Positions 7,045-14,380 of a stretch of DNA of 24,000 nt are shown here, piece after piece. The stretch spans positions 613-24,612 of the forward strand of contig CACZCK010000029.1 in the NCBI GenBank assembly GCA_902779675.1, given 5' to 3'. Position 1 is the stretch's first letter. Every line of letters starts with the position of its first letter. The stretch is from an uncultured Coriobacteriaceae bacterium. Lineage in GTDB: Bacteria > Actinomycetota > Coriobacteriia > Coriobacteriales > Atopobiaceae. The notes below the pieces were generated by a model, which searched no databases, had not been told where the DNA came from, and saw only the letters and a list, made by a program, of their open reading frames with translations. Position numbers and translations under genes: made by a program.

Positions 7045-7266
7045 TCCGCCTTTTGCTGGGTTTCTTTCCGTCTTCATCGGGTCTGTGACAATGGAGGATG
7101 CTGCTGCCACCAAACGACGAAGGGGGCGGCATGCTCGACGGATACGGACTTCACATGATCATCTGGGATTCGGCGGACGAGCGACTGGGTGACTTCCTGG
7201 TCGCCTCGTGAACCCAGCCACAAAACGTTTGGCTAGCAGGCACACGAATCCTCAAGGCGCAATCGG

Positions 7267-7336
7267 GTAGGAGGCGCGCCATTAGTTGGCGCGCCGTCCT
7301 CCCACACCACCGTGCGTACCGTTCGGTACACGGCGG
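7267..7336 (-). ncRNA. Intron ribozyme domains V and VI
   Basis: Domain V is CCGCCGTGTACCG-AA-CGGTACGCACGGTGG (rc of 7307-7336), with a 2-nt bulge and a CGC catalytic triad in place of AGC, as in IIC introns. Domain VI is GGGAGGAC-GGCGCGCC-AACTAAT-GGCGCGCC-TCCT[A]CCC (rc of 7267-7303), with a bulged A ~7 nt from the predicted 3' splice site. Confidence 0.8.
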
Positions 7337-7345
7337 TTCCCGGAC

Positions 7346-8761
7346 TTAACACTTCGCCTGCAGGTAACGGGGGTAGAAGAGGGTCCAGCCAAGCTCCGTG
7401 GGCTTGGCGTTGTCGAGCGCCCGGTCTAGGATGCCGCTCCCGGCCACGCGCCAGTATGCCTTGCGCGAGTTCGCCCACTGCCACGCCCGTCCCCGGCTGA
7501 CGCCGAGGCGCACGAGGGCGCGGAGTCTGGTGCCAACCCGTTTCCAGCACTTCCAGTACACGCAGCGCACCTTTCGGCGCGCCCACTTGTCCATGCCGCG
7601 GAGCAGGCTCCTCATGTCCGCGAGCCTGAAGTACCCGACCCATCCGTAGACGAGGTCCCTGAGCATGGCTTTCCTTGTCCCGAAGGACCAACCGTTGGAG
7701 CGCGAGAGAATCATCCGCACCTTGTCCCTGAGCGCGGCGACCGACTTGGGGTGCACGCAAAAGCGCAGCTCCCCGTCCTTCTGGTAGAAGGCGTACCCCA
7801 AGTATCCCACCTCGTCAGATATCTTCGCCACGAAGGACTTCTCCCTGTTGACCTTGAGGAAAAGCCTCCCCTCGACGAATGCCGCCATCGACTCCATCGC
7901 GCGCTCCGCCGCCTTCCTCGACCTCTTCAGGATGATGAAGTCGTCGGCGTAGCGGACGAAGGCGTGGCCCCTGCGCTCAAGCTCCCAGTCCAGCTCGTTG
8001 AGCAGGATGTTCGCGAGCAGGGGCGAGAGCGGGCCTCCCTGAGGGGTGCCCTCGTCGGTCGGCATCACGACGCCGTCCACCATGACACCCGCCATCAGGA
8101 AGCGGTGGATGAGCGAGACCACCCGCTTGTCCACGAGCGAGTCCGACAGGAGCTGCACCAGCTTGGACTGGTTCACGGTGTCGAAGAAGCGCTCCAGGTC
8201 CATCGACGCGACCCACACGCTGCCTTCGTCGGCACGCCTCTTGGCTGCCAGGAGCGCGTCGTGCGCCGAGCGGTTCGGCCTGAAGCCGTATGAGTCCCCG
8301 TGGAACCTCGGTTCGAAGATGGGCGTGAGCTGCTGCGCCACAGCCTGCTGGACCATGCGGTCCACGACCGTGGGTATCCCCAGAAGCCTGACCTTTCCCT
8401 TCTCCTTCTTCGGAATCTCGACCCGCCTCACGGGTCTGGGCCGGTACCTCCCGTTGAGAATCCTCGCCTCGAGCGCGTCGTAGTTGTTCCGCAGCCAGTC
8501 GTCGAGCTCGTCCGCCCGCATCCCGTCCACGCCGCCCGCGCCTCGGTTCTGCGCCACGCGCCTATATGCCCCGCGCATGTTCTCGCGTGAGCAGATCCTT
8601 TCCAGCAGGAATCTCGTGTTGCCTTCATCCGTGTTGAGTTCGTCCTCTTCGGTGTTCCGTGCGCGCGTCGGCGCCTCCGGCTGCTCCCGGGATTCCGTCC
8701 CTACCCTCCCCGGCTGGCCCTCGAAGTCGATTCGAAGTTGTCTGCCTTCCATCGCGTGCAT
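7346..8761 (-). CDS. Group II intron reverse transcriptase/maturase (no endonuclease domain)
   Basis: RT motifs are present: NRGAGGVDGM, LLGIPTVVDRMVQQA, SYGFRPNRSAHDAL, TPQGGPLSPLLANILLNELD and FVRYADDFIIL. A maturase X/thumb region follows (YLGYAF, WVGYFRLA). No HNH tail is present. The N-terminal ~55 aa look like an extension, so the true start may be internal. Confidence 0.95.
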   Translation of the reverse strand: MHAMEGRQLRIDFEGQPGRVGTESREQPEAPTRARNTEEDELNTDEGNTRFLLERICSRENMRGAYRRVAQNRGAGGVDGMRADELDDWLRNNYDALEARILNGRYRPRPVRRVEIPKKEKGKVRLLGIPTVVDRMVQQAVAQQLTPIFEPRFHGDSYGFRPNRSAHDALLAAKRRADEGSVWVASMDLERFFDTVNQSKLVQLLSDSLVDKRVVSLIHRFLMAGVMVDGVVMPTDEGTPQGGPLSPLLANILLNELDWELERRGHAFVRYADDFIILKRSRKAAERAMESMAAFVEGRLFLKVNREKSFVAKISDEVGYLGYAFYQKDGELRFCVHPKSVAALRDKVRMILSRSNGWSFGTRKAMLRDLVYGWVGYFRLADMRSLLRGMDKWARRKVRCVYWKCWKRVGTRLRALVRLGVSRGRAWQWANSRKAYWRVAGSGILDRALDNAKPTELGWTLFYPRYLQAKC

Positions 8762-8864
8762 GGTCTCTCTCAGCGACTCCCTCCGTCTGGGTTCGGGCCT
8801 TCGCGGCTGGCGCCGCCGCTACTACGCCCTCTGCTGACTCCTCGCGGTTCGCTGTTGCTGCTCG

Positions 8865-8915
8865 GCTGGCCCTTTCGTCCAAATCCTCGAAGCTGGCCCT
8901 CTCGTCCAAATCCTC
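8865..8915. repeat. Tandem duplication (24-nt unit, 27-nt period, 2 copies) inside the intron
   Basis: The units are GCTGGCCCTTTCGTCCAAATCCTC (8865-8888) and GCTGGCCCTCTCGTCCAAATCCTC (8892-8915), with 23/24 identity. They lie ~100-150 nt 5' (intron sense) of the RT start. Confidence 0.8.
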
Positions 8916-9196
8916 TTAGCCTGCGAGGCCTCCCGGGTAAGGCACGCACCCTTCCCCTCAATACCCGCCGCATTTACGTGCGTGGCTTCCGTGCAGCCAT
9001 CGGGCTTCGATGTGTTTGGCCATCTCACCCGCCGCGCCCGCCTGATGCGGTTCGTGTTCCTCGGGCCGAGGTTTCGCCTCCGGCTTCCTTCAGACTCCGC
9101 CTCGCGACGGACGCCCTTGCCATCGGCTACGCGCTTCCCGCTGCCGGGCGCGCCGGGGACTTTCACCCCTTGGGTGTGTGCCATGCCCGGCACACC

Positions 9197-9228
9197 AAAA
9201 AGGGCGCCTCGGATTCTTCCGAGGCGCC
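9197..9228 (-). terminator. Rho-independent terminator of guaA
   Basis: The minus strand has an 11-bp stem GGCGCCTCGGA/TCCGAGGCGCC (9203-9213 paired with 9218-9228), a 4-nt loop and then TTTTT (rc of 9197-9201). It starts ~30 nt after the guaA stop. Confidence 0.85.
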
Positions 9229-9259
9229 TCGCGTTTTCGCAGGTAAATAAGCTAATCCG

Positions 9260-10258
9260 TTACTCCCACTCGACCGTCGCGATGGGCTTCGGCGAAAGCT
9301 CGTAGGCCACGCGGCAGATGCCGGGCACCTCGGCCAGGATGCGGTCGCACATCTTGTGCAGCAGCGCCCAGTCGAGCTCGGGCACCTCGGCGGTCATGAC
9401 GTCGACGGTGTTGATGCAACGGATGATGCACGGCCACTCGAAGGCGCGCTTGCCGTCGCGCACGCCCGTCGCGCGATAGTCGGGCACCACGCAGAAGTAC
9501 TGCCACGGACGCTCCATCTGGCCGGCGGCGGAGGCAGCGTCAATCTCCTCGCGCACGATGGCGTCGGCCTCGCGCAGGGCATTCAGGCGGTCGCGGGTGA
9601 TGGCGCCGGTGCAGCGCACGCCCAGGCCGGGGCCGGGGAACGGCTGACGGTCGACCATGCTGTCGGGCAGGCCAAGCTGGCGACCAACCACGCGGACCTC
9701 GTCCTTGAAGAGCAGCTTGACGGGCTCGACGAGCTCCCAGTTGAGCTCCTCGGGCAGGCCACCCACGTTGTGGTGCGCCTTGACGCCCGCCTCGGACTCC
9801 AGGATGTCGGGGTAGATGGTGCCCTGGCCGAGGAAGCCGATGCCCTCGAGCTTGGCGGCCTCCTCGTCAAAGACCTTGATGAACTCCTCGCCGATGATGT
9901 GGCGCTTGGCCTCGGGATCGGCCTCGCCGGCCAGCAGGTCGAGGAAGCGGTCAGTCGCGTCAACGTAGATGAGCTCGGCGCCCAGCTGGTTGCGGAACAC
10001 GTCGATGACCTGCTCGGACTCGCCCTTGCGCATGAGGCCGTGGTTGACGTGCACGCACACGAGCTGCTTGCCCAGGGCCTTGATCAGCAGGGCCGCGACC
10101 ACGCTGGAGTCCACGCCGCCGGAGAGGGCCAGCAGCACCTTGCCATCGCCCACCTGCTCGCGGGTGTAGGCAACGGCCTCCTCGATGAAGGCGTCGGCGA
10201 GCTCGGGGGTGGTGATGCGAACCATATCGTCGGGGCGGTGATTGCTGGTGAAGTCCAT
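9260..10258 (-). CDS. guaA: GMP synthase, ATP-pyrophosphatase plus dimerisation part only (332 aa, no GATase domain)
   Basis: It has the PP-loop LALSGGVDSSVVAALL, then VHVNHGLMRKGE and GQGTIYPDILES, and the typical C-terminal end KPIATVEWE. The SD AAGGAG lies 5 nt upstream of ATG 10258. The ORF aligns with the C-terminal ~330 residues of a full-length GuaA. Confidence 0.9.
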   Translation of the reverse strand: MDFTSNHRPDDMVRITTPELADAFIEEAVAYTREQVGDGKVLLALSGGVDSSVVAALLIKALGKQLVCVHVNHGLMRKGESEQVIDVFRNQLGAELIYVDATDRFLDLLAGEADPEAKRHIIGEEFIKVFDEEAAKLEGIGFLGQGTIYPDILESEAGVKAHHNVGGLPEELNWELVEPVKLLFKDEVRVVGRQLGLPDSMVDRQPFPGPGLGVRCTGAITRDRLNALREADAIVREEIDAASAAGQMERPWQYFCVVPDYRATGVRDGKRAFEWPCIIRCINTVDVMTAEVPELDWALLHKMCDRILAEVPGICRVAYELSPKPIATVEWE

Positions 10259-10744
10259 AGGGTCTCCTTCGAAAGGTAGGTATTTGGACGCAGACGAGTA
10301 TGACAGCTTGCAACGTCTCGTGGCACGTCACGACCTCATCACCATGAGATAACCCATCCTTGTGCCTCTACTGGCACGCATCCAAGCGAAAGCGAGCCCG
10401 CATCTCACACATGCATGATGAGATTGTTAACTTGTGGGTCCGCTTTCGAACTTTTTTGCGTTCTTCCCTCCATCAGTGACTCGTTGTGGTATGTTCAGCC
10501 TCGCTATACGCACTTGTCTGCATATCAGATAATGGTTATGCAATTAATGAGGAGAGCAATGCGGTCAGAGATTCACATCTGCCGTTCGAAGGAAATGGGG
10601 CCCTGCCAGGTGGAGGCGCGCGACGCCGCTCATCACCTGTTCCTGCGACGAGCTCGCTAGCCCTCCCGTCACTGCCGCTCTTCCATAACCGCATGTCGGT
10701 GCGCGCCCTTGGCCACACCGCCCCCTACCAGACAAGAGGATCCC

Positions 10745-12034
10745 ATGACCACACCTGACCTCATTCCCGTTCCCGCTTCCATCACCGACCCCGCATCCTT
10801 TGGCTTTGCTGCCTGCGAGGGCGGTGTGTGCGCCGCTGCAGGCATCCGTGCCACAGGCGTGCACGCGGGCTTCCGCGCCGACCCCAACCGCCTCGACATG
10901 GCTCTCGTCGCCGCCGATGAGCCCTGCGTCTGCGCGGCCACCTTCACGCAGAACCGCTTCTGTGCCGCCCCCGTGCAGGTCTCGCGCCCGCGCGCCGCGA
11001 GTGGCCACGCCCAGGCGGTCCTGCTCAACTCCGGCAATGCCAACGCCTCGACCGGCGAGCCTGGCGTGGCCTGCGCGCTCGCATCGGCCGCATGCGTGGC
11101 CAAGGAGCTCGGGTGCGCCGACGAGGACGTGCTCGTCGCCTCGACGGGCGTCATCGGCGTGCAGCAACCGCTCTGGCCCTTCGAGCAGGCCATGCCCGCA
11201 GCCGTCGAGTCGCTCGCGCACTCCCCCGCCGCCGCCCATGCCGCGGCGCGCGCCGTAATGACCACCGACACCGTGCCCAAGGAGGTCTCGCTCGAGGGAA
11301 CCGTTCCCTGCGGCCCTGATGGTGCACCCATAACCGTGCACGTGGGCGGCTTCGTCAAGGGGTCCGGCATGATCATGCCCAACATGGCCACCATGCTCTG
11401 CGTGCTCGCCACCGACGCTCCCCTCACGGCGCAAGCGGCCCAGAAGGCCCTCTCCGCAGCCGTGAGCGTCACGTTCAACAAGGTAACCGTCGACTCCGAC
11501 ACCTCCACCAACGACTCGTGCTTCCTGCTCGCCACGGGCGCGACCGGCGGCGAGCCCATCGACTGCGACTCGACGGCCTTTGCGCAGGTGGCAAATGCCA
11601 TCCGCTGCGCAGCCGAGCAGCTGGCACGCAAGATCGCCGCAGACGGCGAGGGTGCCACCAAGCTCGTGACCGTCGACGTCGTGGGTGCCGCGACCGATGC
11701 CGACGCCGACACCGTCGCACGCGCCATCGCCAACTCACCGCTGGTCAAGACCGCTATCTTTGGCCATGACGCCAACTGGGGCCGCGTGGCGGGCGCCGCC
11801 GGCAAGTGCGGTGTGGTCTTCGACCAGTACCAGGTGGACATCGACTTCCTCGGTGTGCCCGTGCTCCGTGCAGGCCTTCCGCTGCCCATGGACGAGGGCG
11901 ACATGCTCCGTCGCTTCGAGGAGCCAGAGGTGACCATAGCCGTCAACCTCGGCCAGGGCGATGCGAGCGCCCGCATCTGGACCTGCGACCTCACCCACGA
12001 CTACGTGACCATCAACGGCGACTACCGCACCTAA
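10745..12034 (+). CDS. argJ: Bifunctional ornithine acetyltransferase / N-acetylglutamate synthase
   Basis: It has GFAACEGGVCAAAGIRATGVHAGFR, the autoprocessing region MATMLCVLATDA, and STNDSCF, GHDANWGR and the end INGDYRT. I prefer ATG 10745 (AGAGGA SD a few nt upstream) over the ORF-track start at 10709. Confidence 0.93.
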   Translation: MTTPDLIPVPASITDPASFGFAACEGGVCAAAGIRATGVHAGFRADPNRLDMALVAADEPCVCAATFTQNRFCAAPVQVSRPRAASGHAQAVLLNSGNANASTGEPGVACALASAACVAKELGCADEDVLVASTGVIGVQQPLWPFEQAMPAAVESLAHSPAAAHAAARAVMTTDTVPKEVSLEGTVPCGPDGAPITVHVGGFVKGSGMIMPNMATMLCVLATDAPLTAQAAQKALSAAVSVTFNKVTVDSDTSTNDSCFLLATGATGGEPIDCDSTAFAQVANAIRCAAEQLARKIAADGEGATKLVTVDVVGAATDADADTVARAIANSPLVKTAIFGHDANWGRVAGAAGKCGVVFDQYQVDIDFLGVPVLRAGLPLPMDEGDMLRRFEEPEVTIAVNLGQGDASARIWTCDLTHDYVTINGDYRT

Positions 12035-12095
12035 ACCCACGGGCAGACGCCCATTTCGCAGCGACCAGAGAACACCCATGCGCAAAGGAGATGCC

Positions 12096-12980
12096 ATGAG
12101 AAAGCGCGACGCGATCGAACGCGACAAGGCCCTGGAGAAGGCCAAGATCCTGACGGAGGCCATGCCCTGGATCCACAGGCACAACGGCCAGACCATCGTG
12201 GTCAAATACGGCGGCGCGGCCATGGAGGACGAGCAGCTCATGCACGAGGTGATGAGCGACCTCGAGCTGCTCAAGCTCATGGGCGTACGCGTGGTGCTGG
12301 TGCACGGCGGCGGCAAGGCCATCAACAAGCTGCTCGGCCAGCTCGAGCTGCCCTCCGCCTTTAAGGGTGGGCTGCGCGTAACCGACGATGCCACCATGGA
12401 GGCCGTGCAGATGGTGCTCGTGGGAAAGGTCAACCAGCAGCTGGTATGGGCCCTCAACGAGTACGGACCGGTGGCCGTGGGCATCAGCGGCGCCGACGGC
12501 AAGACCTTCAAGTGCACCCAGGTCGACCCCGATCTCGGACGCGTGGGCAAGATCGTCGAGGTCAACACCCACCTCATCGAGGCGGTGCTCGACGACGGCT
12601 ACATCCCCGTCATCGCCACGGTGGGCTCGGGTCCCGATGGCTTCTACAACGTCAATGCCGACGTCGCCGCCAGCCAGGTGGCGCAGGCTTTGCACGCCGA
12701 GACCCTGGTGTACCTCACCGACGTAGACGGCTACTACCGCGACGTGGACGACAAGGAGAGCCTCATTGCCAACATGACCAGGGAAGAGGCTCACGAGCTA
12801 CTGTTCAGCGGCACGCTCACCACAGGAATGATCCCCAAGATCCGCTCCATCGTGGAGGCGCTCGATGCAGGCGTGCGCGACGTGCGCATCCTTAACGGCA
12901 CCTTCCCGCACTCGCTGCTGCTCGAAATCTTTACCGATGCCGGTATCGGCACCATGTTCACCCAGGGAGAGGAGGCCTAG
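12096..12980 (+). CDS. argB: Acetylglutamate kinase
   Basis: It has the sequences GQTIVVKYGGAAM, VLVHGGG and NVNADVAA. ATG 12096 lies 5 nt after AAGGAG (12085-12090), and ATG 12078 is an alternative start. Confidence 0.93.
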   Translation: MRKRDAIERDKALEKAKILTEAMPWIHRHNGQTIVVKYGGAAMEDEQLMHEVMSDLELLKLMGVRVVLVHGGGKAINKLLGQLELPSAFKGGLRVTDDATMEAVQMVLVGKVNQQLVWALNEYGPVAVGISGADGKTFKCTQVDPDLGRVGKIVEVNTHLIEAVLDDGYIPVIATVGSGPDGFYNVNADVAASQVAQALHAETLVYLTDVDGYYRDVDDKESLIANMTREEAHELLFSGTLTTGMIPKIRSIVEALDAGVRDVRILNGTFPHSLLLEIFTDAGIGTMFTQGEEA

Positions 12981-12982
12981 CC

Positions 12983-14236
12983 ATGGCCAAGCACATGAGC
13001 ACCAAGACGACCTTCGACGAGGCAAAGGCCCTCGACGACGCCTATGTCATGCACACCTACGGCCGCCTGCCCGTCGAGTTCGTATCGGGCAGCGGAGCGG
13101 AGCTGGTCGGGTCCGACGGCAAGATCTACCTCGACTTTCTGGCCGGCATCGGCTGCGTGAGCATGGGACACGCCAACCCGGTGGTGGCAGAGGCCATCCG
13201 TCAGCAGCTGGGCCGCGTCTGGCAGGTGGGTAACTACTACTACGTGGAGCATCGCGGCGAGCTGGCGCGCGCTCTCTCCGAGCTGCTCTCGACCATCACC
13301 GACGAGCAGGGCCACGCGCTGGGCTCGACCGGCACCACCTGGAAGACCTTCTTTGCCAACTCCGGCGCTGAGGCCAACGAGGGGGCACTCAAGGTTGCTC
13401 GCCGCTGGGGCGAGACCAACCTGGGCGGAGCCGCAGGCATCGTCTCGGCGCGCCAGAGCTTCCACGGACGGACGCTGGCCACACTCGCCGCGACCGGGCA
13501 GGACGTCTTCCACCAGAGCTTCGGGCCCTTCCCCGAGGGCTTTGCCTCGGTGCCGCTCAACGACATCGACTCCCTTGCAGCTGCGGTGGACGCAGGCGGC
13601 GTCTGCGCCGTCATGCTGGAGTGCGTGCAGGGCGAGGGTGGCGTCTGGCCCGCCGACCTTGACTACCTGCGTGCCGTGCGGCAGCTCTGCGACGAGCGCG
13701 GTCTGGCTCTCGTCATCGACGAGGTGCAGACGGGCTTCTTCCGCTGCGGCGCTCCCTTCTCCTACCAGCTCGCCGGCATCGAGCCCGACGTGGTGAGCAT
13801 GGCCAAGGGCATCGCCGACGGCTTCCCCATGGGGGCGGTGGCCGCCCGCGCCGAGCTGGCCGACCTCATGCGCCCCGGCGACCACGGCTCGACCTTCGGC
13901 GGCAATGCGCTCGCTGCGGCCGCGGGCCTGGCAACGGTGACGGCGCTGCAGGACTGGGAGATCGGCGAGCACGTGATTGCCACGGGCGCCTACCTCGCCC
14001 AAAAGCTGGCGGCTCTCCCCCACGTGAGCGAGGTGCGCGGACGCGGCCTCATGCGTGGCGCCCAGTTCGACGTGCCCATTGCCAACGAGGTCGTGAGCGA
14101 GGGGCTTGAGGCCGGCCTCGTACTCAACCACATCGGTGATTCCATCCTGCGCTTCCTGCCGCCGTTGGTCGTGACCAACGAGCAGATCGACGACATGGCC
14201 GAGCGCCTGGCGGCCCTCATCGAGCGACTGGCATAG
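12983..14236 (+). CDS. argD: Acetylornithine aminotransferase (class III PLP aminotransferase)
   Basis: It has the sequences HTYGRLPVEFVSGSGAELVGSDGKIYLDFLAGIGCVSMGHANP, FANSGAEANEGALK, IDEVQTGFFRCG and SMAKGIADGFPMGA. The ATG lies 3 nt after the argB stop. Confidence 0.93.
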   Translation: MAKHMSTKTTFDEAKALDDAYVMHTYGRLPVEFVSGSGAELVGSDGKIYLDFLAGIGCVSMGHANPVVAEAIRQQLGRVWQVGNYYYVEHRGELARALSELLSTITDEQGHALGSTGTTWKTFFANSGAEANEGALKVARRWGETNLGGAAGIVSARQSFHGRTLATLAATGQDVFHQSFGPFPEGFASVPLNDIDSLAAAVDAGGVCAVMLECVQGEGGVWPADLDYLRAVRQLCDERGLALVIDEVQTGFFRCGAPFSYQLAGIEPDVVSMAKGIADGFPMGAVAARAELADLMRPGDHGSTFGGNALAAAAGLATVTALQDWEIGEHVIATGAYLAQKLAALPHVSEVRGRGLMRGAQFDVPIANEVVSEGLEAGLVLNHIGDSILRFLPPLVVTNEQIDDMAERLAALIERLA

Positions 14237-14248
14237 GCGAGCATCGCA

Positions 14249-14320
14249 CCCGCTCCCTAGGAGCTTGCGTGCCACAGGGCATGGCCACGCCGTGTGGCAC
14301 GCAAGTTCCCGGGGAGCGGG
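14249..14320 (+). terminator. Long composite hairpin after argD (possible tail-less intrinsic terminator)
   Basis: The inner 13-bp stem is CTTGCGTGCCACA (14264-14276) paired with TGTGGCACGCAAG (14293-14305). The outer 9-bp stem is CCCGCTCCC (14249-14257) paired with GGGAGCGGG (14312-14320). No U-tract follows. Confidence 0.4.
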
Positions 14321-14331
14321 CGCGCCAGCTG

Positions 14332-14340
14332 TGGGATAAT
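14332..14340 (+). promoter_or_regulatory. Candidate extended -10 promoter of the metG-like gene
   Basis: TGgGATAAT lies at 14332-14340, 41 nt upstream of ATG 14381. No clear -35 is present. Confidence 0.35.
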
Positions 14341-14380
14341 GTGGGGTTACGTGAACACCCCGCACCACAAGGGAGCACCT

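Larger units (their letters stand above)
7262..9195 (-). mobile_element. Complete group II intron, bacterial class C (IIC), ~1.93 kb
   Basis: The minus strand reads ...CCCTTTTTG|GTGTGCCGGGCATGG at 9195. Domain I motifs include GGGGTGAAAGTCCCC and GGCGAAACCTCGGCCCGAGGAACACGAACC. The RT/maturase ORF lies in domain IV. Domains V and VI sit at 7267-7336, and the 3' end ...CCCGAT falls at 7262. The 5' end and domain V closely match my recollection of the Oceanobacillus iheyensis IIC intron. Boundaries are good to a few nt. Confidence 0.9.

Noticed and set aside
7131-7211. A 26-codon ORF (MLDGYGLHMIIWDSADERLGDFLVAS) with GAAGGGGG upstream was noticed. It is divergent from the XRE gene and close to the intron 3' end.
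   Set aside because: It is too short to evaluate, has no recognisable motif, and an overlapping alternative small ORF is equally plausible. It is only worth checking if ribosome profiling data exist.
7346-8761. The RT was considered as part of a retron, a DGR or an Abi-type defence system.
   Set aside because: It has the maturase X domain and sits inside clear group II ribozyme domains (5' GTGTG, domain V, domain VI). No msr/msd-like or TR/VR pair is associated with it.
10259-10420. A purine or guanine riboswitch in the guaA leader was considered.
   Set aside because: The leader lacks the conserved UAUAAU...CCGUAAA... junction sequences. It only has generic inverted repeats.
14237-14380. 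A T-box leader upstream of the metG-like gene was considered.
   Set aside because: The region is only ~145 nt, has no T-box consensus (no GGGTGGTACCGCG-like sequence) and has no specifier-loop architecture.
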